A DNA stretch of 64,000 bases from Octopus vulgaris. Lineage: Eukaryota. A model generated the notes under the pieces. That model made no database searches. It saw only the letters and a program-made list of their open reading frames with translations, and was not told the DNA's origin. Within the stretch, counting starts at the first letter, position 1. The number at the start of each line of letters is the position of its first letter. Where the stretch lies: NCBI GenBank assembly GCA_951406725.2, contig OX597821.1:113274001-113338000 (forward strand), written 5' to 3'. Shown here one piece after another: positions 11,647 to 23,740 of this stretch. The translations under genes were made by a program, and so were the position numbers.

Positions 11647-13258
11647 CAGTTGCGGCCAAAATTTTCAGAACGGCATTGTTTTCGTCAGAAAAGTAGGTAT
11701 ACGTTTTTATCAAAGTTATTTTATATTCTATAATTTTCATAGACAATAAATACGATATTATTTGTTATTGTCTGAGATTTTGGTGTAATTTGAGATGATA
11801 ATACAAAAGTTATGGATGATTTAGTGATTTACTGCAAAACCCATGGCGGCCAAAATGATCAGAAAGGTTGCTTTTACTCCATGTTTTAGTATATTTAACC
11901 AGCGAACTCTAATGTTTTGAATTTGTTTACGTGGCGGTTCATTTACTAAACACGCCTAAGAATATCTGCAGTGTACTTTGTTAATATAATGCCACTTACT
12001 CCGTTACCAATTCGTCAGCAGATTATTAAGCTTCGAAAGAAGGATAATTTAAGTATTAGGTCTATTGCAAAGATTGTTAACAAGTCAAAAAGTGTTGTTC
12101 ACGGTATTCTTAAGGTCTACGATGATTGTGGTTCGTGGGAAGCAAGAAAGTCTACAGGTAGGCCAAGAAAAACGACCAAGAGAGAAGATCGTGCTATGGT
12201 AAATTTGGTTAAAAAGGACAGATTTAAAACTGCTGCTGCTGTTTCTCGGGAAATGAGCATTGTACTGAAGAAAACTTTATCTCGAAAAACTGTCTCGTCC
12301 TTAAGTTGAACATAACCTACAAGCAAGAGCACCTGCAGTGAAGCCACTGATCAGCTCCAAGAATAAAAAGAGTCGTCTTACCTTTGCAACCTAACATGTG
12401 TTGTGGTCTCAAGAAAAATGACAAATAGTGCATTTCAGTGATGAATCTAAGTCTATGTTATTTGGCTCAGATGGGAAAAGCAGGTGAAAAATTGTCGCCT
12501 AAATGCCTTAAGACTAGTGTTAAATTCGGTGGAAGAAGTGTCATGGTTTGGGAGATGATATCTGGAGATGTTGTGGGCCCTTTGCTGCGATTGCATGGAA
12601 AGGTAAATGCAGGAGTTTATAAACAACTTGTCAAAGATCATGTCTTGCCTGTGCTGAGAAATTCAACTAAGCGACCACCCATATTCATGCAGGACAATGC
12701 CCCATGTCACAAGGCTAAGGTGGTCATGAACTTCCTCAAGGCTGAAAACGTTATTGTTATGGATTGGCCTGCTCAAAGCCCAGACCTCAATCCTATTGAA
12801 AATGTGTGGAATATTCTAGGAGAACGTTTGAAAGCCAGAAATCCAAAAACAACTGAGCAATTATGGAATGCCCTTCAGGAAGAATGGAATAAGATCACCC
12901 AGCAAGAAATTGAAAATTTAATTACCCCATGCAGTCGAAAATGTCAAACTTTGATTGAAGCTAAAGGGCTTCACACTAAATATGAAATAATTCCAGCATT
13001 CTCTGTCACTATTTGATTATTTTGTTATTTTTTCAACCGTTCTGATCATTTTGGCCACCATGGGTTTTGCAGTAAATCACTATATCATCCATAACTTTTG
13101 TATTATCCACTCAAATTACACCAAAATCTCAGACAATACCAATTAATATCGTATTTATTGTCTGTGAAAATTATAGAATATAAAACAACTTTAATAAAAA
13201 ACTTATACCTACTTTTCTGACAAAAACAATGCCGTTCTGAACAGTTTGGCCGCAACTG
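11647..13258 (+). mobile_element. Full-length Tc1-family DNA transposon, IR/DR type
   Basis: TA|CAGTTGCGGCCAAA ... TTTGGCCGCAACTG|TA; ~220-bp TIRs with outer and inner direct repeat GCGGCCAAAAT..TCAGAA.GG (11652, 11847). Confidence 0.95.
11989..13016 (+). pseudogene. Tc1 transposase pseudogene (DD34E)
   Basis: HTH N-terminus, GRPRKTT, VHFSDESK, FMQDNAPCH, 34 residues to SPDLNPIENVW, GLHTKY; broken by frameshifts (~12295, ~12480) and stops (~12392, ~12419). Confidence 0.93.
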
Positions 13259-13284
13259 TATTTTTATATATATATACATATCCA

Positions 13285-13440
13285 ACGAGCTTCTTTAAGT
13301 TTCTGTCTACCAAATTCACTCACAAAACTTTGATCGGCCCGAGGCTATAGTAGAAGACACTTGCCCAAGGTGCCACGCAATGGACTGAACCTAGGACCTT
13401 GTGGTTGGGAAGGCAGCTTCTTACTAAACAACCACAGCTG
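13285..13440 (-). mobile_element. SINE family B, 5' part
   Basis: GAGGCTATAGTAGAAGACACTTGCCCAAGGTGCCACGCA. Confidence 0.8.
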
Positions 13441-14013
13441 CATATCATGAATATTAATAGGTCTCCTCGTCTAAGTAAAATACAGACATCTCCCTCATAA
13501 CGGAAAGCATTGCGTTCCAGAAAATCTTGCCGTAACTCAAAACGTATGTTTTATTGTTTTGCTATATTTATTGATATCCGTGTAGTATTGAAGTAAATAG
13601 TAAAGCAGGTTTCGCGTTACGCAGCTCCACATTTAGCAGCAAGATTCCATAATGCGGTGACGCTTGTATTCAATTAGACGTTGCAAGGATTTCGACTGAG
13701 GGGGTGGGGATAAGATTTCAGTTGTTAGAATAAATCTGATCCGCCAATTAACCACCCAATTAGCGGAAATAACACAAAATCAAAATAAAATAAATAATTA
13801 CATTTGCGTGTACATGCATGGAAGAGTGTTCGCTCGTCTGAACCCGTCGACCTCGCCCTACATCGTAGCCTCTAAATATAGGTCAGGTGCTGAGCCGTTC
13901 CTTCGCTTAACTGGAATTAACCAACGTCTTGAAAGTCTGAACTAAATAAAAGATGACAAACAGCAGCAAACATTCAAAGCGACCGAGACGGAATAGCAGT
14001 AACAACTTCAACG

Positions 14014-14381
14014 GTGGAAGCACTCCGTCGGTTACGACGACGAGGGTTCCAGTTGATCCGATCAACGGAACAGCCTGCTCGTGAAATTAACGTGTAAGTG
14101 GCTGAGCACTCCACAGACACGTGTACCCTTAACGTAGTTCTCGGGGATATTCAGCGTGACACAGAGAGTGACAAGGCCGGCCCTTTGAAATACAGGTACA
14201 ACAGAAACAGGAAGTAAGAGTGAGAGAAAGTTGTGGTGAAAGAGTACAGCAGGGATCACCACCATCCCTGCCGGAGCCTCGTGGAGCTTTAGGTGTTTTC
14301 GCTCAATAAACACTCACAACGTCCGGTCTGGATCCTACGACCGCGAGTCCGCTGCCCTAACCACTGGGCCATTGTGCCTCC
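14014..14381 (-). mobile_element. SINE family C, full length with 12-bp TSD
   Basis: TSD ACAACTTCAACG at 14002-14013 and 14383-14394; head GGAGGCACAATGGCCCAGTGGTTAGGGC on the minus strand. Confidence 0.9.
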
Positions 14382-14419
14382 TACAACTTCAACGATACAT
14401 TGACAAATCTATTCTTTTT

Positions 14420-14750
14420 ATTGGACTCGCAGTCGTAGGATCGCTGTTTCGATTCCCAGACCGGGCGCTGTGAGTGTTTATTGAGCGAAAACACCTAAAG
14501 CTCCCCGAGGCTCCGGCAGGGGATAGTGGCGAACCTTGCTGTACACTTTCTCTCATTGTTTCTATTGTATCTGTAATTCAAAGGGGCCAGCCTTGTCACG
14601 CTCTGTGCCACGCTGAATCTCTCCGGGAACTACGTTAAGGGTACACGTGTCTGTGGAGTGCTCAGCCACTTGCACGTTAATTCCACGAGCAGGCTTTTCC
14701 GTTGATCGGATCAACTGGAACCCTCGTCGTCGTAAACGACGGAGTCCCAC
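14420..14750 (+). mobile_element. SINE family C, inverted relative to the previous copy
   Basis: GGACTCGCAGTCGTAGGATC...GTTTCGATTCCC...GGAACCCTCGTCGTCGTAA. Confidence 0.85.
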
Positions 14751-14769
14751 GATTCTTTTATCATAATTC

Positions 14770-14990
14770 TTTTATTCTTTTACTGTTTCAGTCATCTGAC
14801 TGCGGCCATGCTGGAGCACCACCTTCAGTCGAACAAATCGACCCAAAGACTTATTCTTTGTAAGTCTTGTACTTATTCTATCGGTCTCTTTTTGCCAAGC
14901 CGCTAAGTTACGGGGACGTAAACACACCAACATCAGTTGTCAAGCGATGGCGGGGGGCAAACACAGACACAAGCACACAAATATATACAA

Positions 14991-15056
<66 letters not shown>

Positions 15057-15197
15057 ACGATGGGCTTCTTTCAGTTTCCGCCTACCAGATCCACTCACAA
15101 GGCTTTGGTCAGCCTGAGGCTATAGTAGAAAACACTTGTCCAAGGTGCCACGCAGTGGGACTGAACCCGGAACCATGTGGTTGGGAAGCAGGCTTCT
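14770..15197 (-). mobile_element. SINE family B, near full length
   Basis: Reverse complement of 7838-8240. Confidence 0.85.
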
Positions 15198-16189
15198 TTT
15201 ATTCATTTAATTGGCCTCGAGAGCCTTACAAAGAAAGGAAGCTGCGGGCTAGACACGCACATAATGATATGAATAACAAATGAAATGGTGAAAAATGAGG
15301 GCAACAGCAACGCCCGCCGATTGCTGTATACCCGAACACATTGTTCTTTTATAAATCATATTGAGGCAACAAACCTCTTACATAACAAAACAATAAGGAG
15401 GCAATAGATCTCTTACATTAACGACATACAAAGCCATTTTGAGGCAATGAACCTCTCACTCAAGTCCATTTAGGTATCAAAAGTACAATCTTTTTGCCCG
15501 ACCAGGCCTCAGAAAAACACCTGACAATTTAACATAAATCTATAGGTATCCTTGGGGAAGGAATCCATTATCCTGAACAGGTCGTTCTCCTTCATGACCT
15601 TCGCAGCCACCTGCGAAGGCCAGTCAGGGTCCTCCGTCTAGGACAGAATCCCCTCCCTTCGGCCCTTCGTTTTGACCACAAATTCCTCCTCCATATCATG
15701 GAGGTGCTGTACAGTCTCCATATTTGGTGGCACAACTTCCACCAAAGATGCTTCGGGACACGCAGGCAGTGTATCACCAACCGCCGGCGTTAATTTATTG
15801 ATCCCTTCGGGGTCAATAGATTAAGTACCAGTTGTGTACTGGGGTCGATATAGTCGACCGGCGCCCCCCCACCACCACCACCAAATTTCAGGCCTCGTTG
15901 AAGATATCCTTGTAGTTTAACTCCAGGTCTGCTCTCAATGAGTATAACTAATTTTAATCTTTCATTTGCAACAGTCATTGAACTGCGGCCATACTGGGGC
16001 ATCGCCGTGAAATGAATAGTCGAGCAAATCGACTTCGGTACTTATTTCTAAGTATGGTACTTATTCTATCGATTTCTTTGATCGAACAACTAAGTTATGA
16101 GGAGGTAAACAAACCAACAACGGTTGTCAATCGGAGTAATGGGAACAAACTCAAAGATTCGCCACATAGGGCTGAACACAGAGGGGACA

Positions 16190-17070
16190 AAATACAAAGT
16201 AGAGCCTTTCTTTTTGGGAAGAAGAAAAAAAAAGGTGGGTAGAATTTCGATCCAAGGGATCGTGGAAAAAAAAGGCCGATCAATAGGGATCGTGTGTCAG
16301 AGATGTCATAATGTAAAAAGGGGAAACAGATTAGATTTATCCGTGGAAAGTAAAGCCTACAGAAAAGACCACGGTAACCTCGGGCAATAATGTCATGCAT
16401 AAAAACACATTACAGTAAGTGGCTCTCTTTTTTTCCTTTCGTTTTTTTTTTTCCTTTTGGTTCATAGGATTATGCTCAAGCTGGCTCCGTCATTCACACG
16501 TGCCATCCTTGCAACATTCACCTATCTTTTTTTCAAAGATTCACTAGATAAAACTTGCATCTCTACACTCACCTTCCTCTTCAAGTGATACTTGAAGAAG
16601 TTGATGAATGATTGACCAGAGAGGAAAGTGTTTGTCTCTAGACCTTTCAGATGCGTCCACCATACACATTCTTTCGCCATAGCCACAAGTACGATGAAAA
16701 TGGCTCTTCCTTCCCGTTTCAAAGACGGAGGCGCGACAATATTCACGATAGACTTGGTTGATAAACTGACTCGTCCCACACGCGATAGCAGTCATTCGAC
16801 ATAGGCCCACAAGTCGGAAATTGTCGGACACTGTACGAGTGCGTGCAGAACGGTTTCGTCGCTCTGACCGCATCTCGGGCAGGTCGGCCCCGTGTTTCTC
16901 GAGCCATGCCTATAGAGCTTATCCCGAACAAGTAGCGCTTCTCGATAGCACTGCCAGGCCAGGGGTCTCTGGAAGTTGACCATAGGGCCCGGCCCGAAAG
17001 TTGTCTTGAACAGGCGGGTCAGGTATTCCTCATCAACGCCCAGGTTCGCTCCGAGATCGTCGTCGTACCT
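16190..17070 (-). mobile_element. L1/Tx1-like LINE 3' fragment (ORF2 C-terminus and 3' UTR)
   Basis: [20 protein letters not shown]...[18 protein letters not shown]...AKECVWWT: zf-RVT-type Cys/His motif, with stops. Confidence 0.8.
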
Positions 17071-17071
17071 C

Positions 17072-17281
<210 letters not shown>

Positions 17282-17630
17282 GCATACACACATACATACA
17301 CACACACACACATAAAAGAGAAGGAGAGAGATGTGGAGACCGACAGACAGACAGACAGCAGAGTATATCCTTTCCAAATTGAATTTTCTCCCTCGACTAA
17401 AATTCCTCTCGTTTAAGAATCTCTGTCCGTCTTTTGAAATACAATATAATTTCAGACGGTTTCGACTGCTATTTGTATGTAATAAGTCATGCAACCAGGC
17501 AGTGATTTCCTTGTTTGCTTCGTTGTTATTTAACCCCGGGTCAGTCCTGATCCAAGCACCGGTATTATCATGCTATTTAACCATGAGCAAAGTTCTTACG
17601 TTGTCTTGTGTATCCTTTCTTATTTTAGAC

Positions 17631-17849
17631 CAGTGGTTTTCAGCCAGGGTTCCGCGGAACCTTAGGGTTCTGCCCGTACAGTGCAGGGGTTCCGCAAGAA
17701 GTTACAAAACTGTTAAAATCGGCAGTAATTTTTAATTCTCCTGTGCAGATATGTGTGCATAAGACTATCAAATTATTGCACAGGGGTTCCTCGAGCCAGT
17801 GGACTCTTTCCTTGGGGTTCCGCTCCAGCAAAAAGTTTGAAAAGCACTG
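17631..17849. mobile_element. hAT/Charlie-like MITE with perfect 8-bp TSD
   Basis: TTTTAGAC|CAGTGGTTTTCA ... TGAAAAGCACTG|TTTTAGAC; internal GGGTTCC repeats. Confidence 0.92.
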
Positions 17850-18657
17850 TTTTAGACAGTAGAGTATGGTTTCAGAGAGAGATTTGGTTGCTATTTCTAA
17901 CACACCGCGCGACTGCCCTGTATCTTTTCTTGGCACTTATTTGATGTTTCTAATACGCTTTGGTTCATCTGGAAGTCAGCAAGTACAAACAGCTACGTTA
18001 TTCAACAACGATATTATTTTTCGGTTAATTTAGAGAAATCAACGCACAGAAATGACACAAAACAGATATTATTTATGTACCCTCGCGCTAACAACAGAAA
18101 TGTTCATAGCCACGAATTAGCATCCACATCCACGATTTAAAATCATTATAACGAAGCTGCTGTGAAACGAAACGAGATATGTGTAATACAGTAAGTGTTT
18201 GCACAGTGGGTGCGCCCTCCGTGGGAGGGAAATGTGAAAGATTTATTATTTCTATGAAAAGAATAATTAAATCCAGATCTCTTGGCTTCCAATTATGTTT
18301 CGCCAACAGTAATTTCTGTTCCGGATCTACTAGTTGTTTGCATTATATTACGTATGATTATTGATACTGTAAACTGTATGAGAGGAAATGCACCAGGTGA
18401 TCACGAACTGTAGCAACGTGCCTTGCTTTGATGAATCATTTGAGCATAGATCTACCACAGAGGCATGGCCTTGTCTACCGGTGAGCTTCGAAATTTTACT
18501 TCACAACCAATAGGTTCCGCGTTCAATCCAGCTGTATTCTTTTAAGATAAGTAAAATTCTGTGATCGGAATTTCGGTAAGCAAACTGCGCAGAGAGACCT
18601 GAATACGCATGCACACACACACACACACACACGTGTGTGTGTACGTATGTGTGTGTG

Positions 18658-19634
18658 ATTGTTCAGTTTTATTTTAAGATTCCTTGCCAAAAGAGAAAGA
18701 GCTGGTTTCTAAACTAGATCCAAAGCGCCTTCATTGAAATTTCAACATCCGCAACAGGGTATTTTTGTTTGTTTGTACGTACGTACTTACGCACGTACGT
18801 ACGTACGTACGTATGTATGTATGTATGTATGTATGTATGTATGTATGTATGTATGTATGTATGTATGTATGTATGTATGTATGTATTTGTAAGTATGTAT
18901 AATGTGCAGATTTGTATGTTTTGTTTTATGTATGTATTCTCATGCATATATTTGCATATATAGTCATGCTCATATATATTTAAATGCTAGACTTCTGAAA
19001 AGCTTTACAGATTTTTACACTTCCAGTGATGGACTCGATCTGTGGTCTTCGAATTAGCTTTCTCCTTTCTGGTTTTGAGAAGCCTAATTTCTCAAGATTG
19101 GTATTTTAGGTAGTGTGTAACATATCCCAGTGCCCCAATAATTACAAGTATAAACCTGAACTTGTAATCTGGATAAAATAACTGTAGATTTCTCAATAGT
19201 CAAGCGTAGGTGTTTTCTTTTTCACTGATCTTCAGCTTCATGTTAACATCCGCTGGGCAGCTAATTTCCACAACCATGCACAGTTCCTCTTCTCTGTACC
19301 AAATCATTATATCAGGTCTGTTGTGCTTATATTTTGTTGAGGTCTTCACTGGTACATTCCACCAGTATTCCTCATTGTTTTGAGTGGCTATGACTTCCAT
19401 CATATTGTGGGTTCTTATTTCTTTGTCCTCGGGGTTACCTTTCCGACGGATTCCATTATAGAGTGCCCTAGCTAAAACATCATGTCTCATCGGTAGATAA
19501 TACTGTGATGACATTTTCGGACAACTACTTATGATGTGAGTGACGTCTTCGGTGTCAACTCCACAAAGTCTGCATCGGTTGTCACATTTTAAGGCTTTTC
19601 CTGCATCTCTATCCCTTTTTAGCATCAGGTACTT
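18658..19634 (-). mobile_element. 5'-truncated RLE-type (R4/Dong-like) LINE, TACA-associated group
   Basis: CRLCGVDTEDVTHIISSC (CCHC), RHD, NRPDIMIW...VVEISCP...EKENTYA (PD-(D/E)xK-type endonuclease); 3' end AATAAAACTGAACAAT. Confidence 0.85.
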
Positions 19635-20009
19635 GTATGTATGTGTGTGTATGTATGTATGTGTGTGTATGTATGTATGTATGTATGTATGTATATATGT
19701 ATGTATGTATGTATGTATGCATGTATGTATATATGTATGCATGTGTGTATGTATGTATGTATGTATGTACGTATGTATGTATGCATGTATGTATATATGT
19801 ATGCATGTGGGTATGCATTATGCCCGTATGCAAATCCTACCTATGACTTTAAACCACATCCTGTGGTAGAACTCTGGTTTAGGAGTCCAGGGTTTTGAGG
19901 AGTACTGGACTATCTGTTAGTCACTGCGATTCCCGCATACTCGTTCGCGCGCGCATACACACACACATTTACATATGTGTGCGTGCACGTGTATGTGGTG
20001 TGTGTGTGT

Positions 20010-20085
<76 letters not shown>

Positions 20086-20091
20086 GTATAA

Positions 20092-20213
20092 ATCAAGAGT
20101 TGAACAGAAAGAACACAAGGAGAAAACACAGCAAGCGGAAATCCAACGGAAACAGCATACGGACTTCCGCTTGCTCTGTTTTATCCACGTGTTATTTCTA
20201 TTCAACCTTTGAT
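20092..20213. repeat. Imperfect ~50-bp inverted repeat (hairpin)
   Basis: ATCAAGAGTTGAACAGAAAGAACAC...GCAAGCGGAA versus TTCCGCTTGC...GTGTTATTTCTATTCAACCTTTGAT. Confidence 0.75.
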
Positions 20214-20326
20214 CCATCAATGCCTCTCACCGTACAACCTGTTGTTTACTTTACACACACACACATACACATGCACACACACACACACACACACACACAC
20301 ACCACATATATATATATATATATATA

Positions 20327-20710
20327 CTAGCAGTATCGCCCGACGTTGCTCAGGTTTGTAAGGGAAATAACTATAAAGCATTTTTAGAGAGTTATAGCCA
20401 AAAAATAGCAAAAAAATGGATAAAAATGATGATAAATTTTTTTTTTTTAGTTAAAAAGGTGGAGTTGCGTCCCCTAGACAGTTTGCGGTTTGTGTTTCTG
20501 ATTCTCGACCCCATGTCGAATTTATCGATTTTTTTCAGAACTGGGGGAACTTTTCAAAATTTTCGCTGCGTTAGTTTTGAATTATGACATTGGGCTATGT
20601 GTGTGTCAAGTTTCATCAGAATCGGTTGAAAGCCGTGGTCAGGGTGAGGGTACGAGAAAACAGACACACAGAAACACGCACAGACAAACTGCCGTTTATA
20701 TATAGAGAGA
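20327..20710 (-). mobile_element. Non-autonomous Helitron
   Basis: Minus strand 5' TCTCTCTATATATAAACGGCA (as at 6355), 3' GAGCAACGTCGGGCGATACTGCTAG|T. Confidence 0.8.
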
Positions 20711-21228
20711 TATATATAATTAAGATTCCGTTGAATTAGGTACTTAAATTGAGGCACCTCATTAGGTCGGTATAATCCGAATACCCAAACAATATTAATT
20801 GAATATTGAATATGAAAACTCCATGCAAGAGTGTTTGCACCTGATATTCCTGCTGCGTGTGCAGACAATGCAACCTAACTGAGTGAAGAGATCCGCTCTT
20901 GGTAGTTCAGATATGTTCTTTATATAAAGATACTTTCTATAGTTTTTCCGAATTGCAGATTCCAATATAGGTGAATACAATATAGATGAGTAACGAAGGC
21001 GTACAGGTGTCAATTCATTACGGCCGTTTCAAGCGACTTCTTTAATTGATTAATGAAAATATTACATCAGTTAAAAGAAACCGTTCTCGTCAGATGACCG
21101 CATAGACTTCAAACACAGAGGATAAAACCAATGCTATAACATATTCACATCAATGATGGAAGTGAAAATATTTACATTGTTTCTGTGAGAGATATGACAA
21201 CAAGAACACACGGCACCAATATGAGGAT

Positions 21229-21273
<45 letters not shown>

Positions 21274-21277
<4 letters not shown>

Positions 21278-21539
21278 TAATAAATAAAATATATGCATAC
21301 ATACAAACATATATGTACGTACCTACATCTACATGTATATATACATGCATATATAAATATATATACGTGAGTATAGGACAACACAAATAGACGTAGAACT
21401 CAACGAGAAACGAAAACGGAAAAACCATTTTTTTACAACAGAAAAACAGAATATATTTATATATGCATGTATATATACATGAAGATGTAGGTATGTACAT
21501 ATATGTTTGTATGTATGCATATATTTTATTTATTACACT
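21274..21539. repeat. ~87-bp inverted repeat around a ~90-bp spacer
   Basis: 21274-21360 is the reverse complement of ~21453-21539 with about 2 mismatches. Confidence 0.85.
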
Positions 21540-22292
21540 ATTGTTTGACAGCGCTCTCGCGTCGGTTCGATTCGATTCGTTCGCTTCGTTCCGTTCTTAT
21601 TCTCCCAGTACTGTTTTATATATATATATATATATATACATATTATATATGTGAGTGTAATAAAAATTGATGTTCGTTAGCATGAGGTAAATATCGTCAA
21701 AAACAATTTTTTAACGTCCGTGTCTAAAATCGATCGTAGCCTCGGCCACCGAACATAAATGCTTTCTCTGCGACCGTATCTTGTTTCATTTCGAAAGGTT
21801 GGAAGGTGCTGATTGAAATATCGAACTTATTGTACAGTAAAACTGAGGTAAAACCAGTTGTAATTATAAAACTGCTATTATTCAATACGGTGTTCTCCGT
21901 CAAACAAGTCAGAATCTGCTGACGCCCATTTGCTTATTTTGTTTCCAAGAGGCGAATCCCGCAACAACTACGGATGGATTTATTTTGTCTGTCAGTTATT
22001 TGTCTGTCAGCCAGAGAATGTAATCTTTCTTGTGCCATTCTTGATCGAAAATCGTTTTACTAAGAATATATTCATTCGGCCATGACAAATGTTGTTGGAA
22101 TTACCAGTAAAAGTTGGCAAATTTTACAAATCTCTGATTGTGGTGGAAGTGATTCACTACATTAACCATTTAACGATAACAAGTTGTCTCTCTCTTGGAA
22201 ACCTAAACGCCAGAAGTTGAGACACCATCCATCCAACCATTTTCTCTGTCCACTATTCTTGGGTGGGGGTCGTGGGAGAAGAGTCCTCAAGC

Positions 22293-22461
22293 CACTAGCG
22301 TAGCAAGAATGTGTGCCGGCCGGAACGTCCCTTCTGTTTGCCGCCCCCAGACCCCACGAAAATCACATATTACCTACAGCAGACCCAAAAGTGGTGCCCC
22401 TTTAAAAGAGCCGCCCGAGGCGGACCCCCCCCCCCTCCCCGCCCACCCAGCTACGCTAGTG
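22293..22461. mobile_element. GC-rich hAT-like MITE
   Basis: 12-bp TIR CACTAGCGTAGC/GCTACGCTAGTG; 8-bp TSD CCTCAAGC/CCTCAGGC; relatives at 4270-4420, ~5060-5210, 26494-26640. Confidence 0.88.
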
Positions 22462-23290
22462 CCTCAGGCACCTCCTCCTTAAGATCCTACCATTATATTT
22501 TCGAACTGGATTCCTAAGCTTGACCAACTGAGACTATGGACATCATTTAACCATCTCCCTCACAGCTCACCCCCAAGTCTCCAGCCAGTTGGCTCGGCTT
22601 GAAGAATCTGGTTCTTTTCAACGACATCCTTTCCAATCCCTTGTCTGTAGAATCAGAGCTGTGTCTTCTCAATGCGAAACTGCCAAAGAATTAATGTTTA
22701 CCTTATCAATGTATTTTGTCACAATAAACTGAATTTCCGTGTGAGTGTTTCCTTTGTTGGTCATCTTTAGAAAGAATATTCCCACCTTGAATACACTTTG
22801 TAGCTAATACACCTGAACCTGATCAAGGTGTTAATCGACTGGAAAGACTACCATGTCTATAACTTCAAGATGTTCTCATGGTTCCAATAATGGTCTCATT
22901 CTCAGTAGCGTAGTTCGTGGAGCCAGGCGATTGTTCTATAACAGGTTACGCTTTCATGGGGACGATATTTTTGGGTCCGCTGTATAAGCTTGAATTTGAG
23001 GTGGGTGGGTAGGTGGGAGGGTAACAAACTCGAGGGTAACCTCGGTCAGCATACCCTAGTTACGCCACTCTCCGTGCTGTCGACAGAAACGAGCTTTCTT
23101 CCAATTCCTTTTGATATTTTTTCGATTTCATAGTAAAAAAAGGTTTTGAAGCAAAACAGCATTTCTGCCTTCTGTCCTGTCACACTAATGGACCTTAATC
23201 ACACCAGTTTCTTCATTCGAAGGTAGGGTTCTTGGGTAATGGTCACTGCTACTCTCTCTCTCCTTTTCCGACTGATGTAGTTTTCTTCTA

Positions 23291-23740
23291 AGGATCTTTT
23301 CGGTTTGAACGGCAGTTTTTATATAGCGGTGTCATATGAAATTGTCACACATAATTATGACCCTAGTATCGATCTATTGCATTTCAATCTTTTTTAAGGG
23401 TTAGGGTTAGTTAGGGTTAGTTAGGGTTAGGGTTAGGGTTAGGGTTAGGGGGAGGGTATCTTTTTTTCTTCACAAATGTAAATAAACCCAATCTGTTTCT
23501 TAAACGAGGGACATATTCATACGGCACAGAATGTTTTTTACCTCAATAGTGTCAGTGATTGGTTGAAATTGCAGAAATTGAAGGAAAAAACAACAAATAT
23601 CTTACAAACTATAGAATTTTCTCAATAAAGCCAAGAGAAAAAGATGTTTTATAAACACATACTACCAGTATACGAAGTTTGAAATTCTTTAGTTACCTAG
23701 AAATTATGTTAAAAACTGCCGTTCAAACCGAAAAGATCCT
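23291..23740 (+). mobile_element. MITE with 6-bp TSD and internal TTAGGG repeats, copy 1
   Basis: 30-bp TIR AGGATCTTTTCGGTTTGAACGGCAGTTTTT; TSD CTTCTA both sides; TTAGGG tract ~23398-23450. Confidence 0.92.

Noticed and set aside
18157-18196. CCETKRDMCNT followed by GTAAGT, resembling the CCxxDxCN box of Ly6/TGF-beta receptor ectodomains
   Set aside because: In-frame TAA three codons upstream and no pyrimidine-rich acceptor; likely chance
21700-22970. Coding-looking unique sequence
   Set aside because: The frames I translated had frequent stops and no recognisable motif; possibly an ancient transposon but not supportable
23398-23450. Telomere or chromosome-fusion relic
   Set aside because: The TTAGGG tract is internal to a MITE and recurs in the second copy at ~34040
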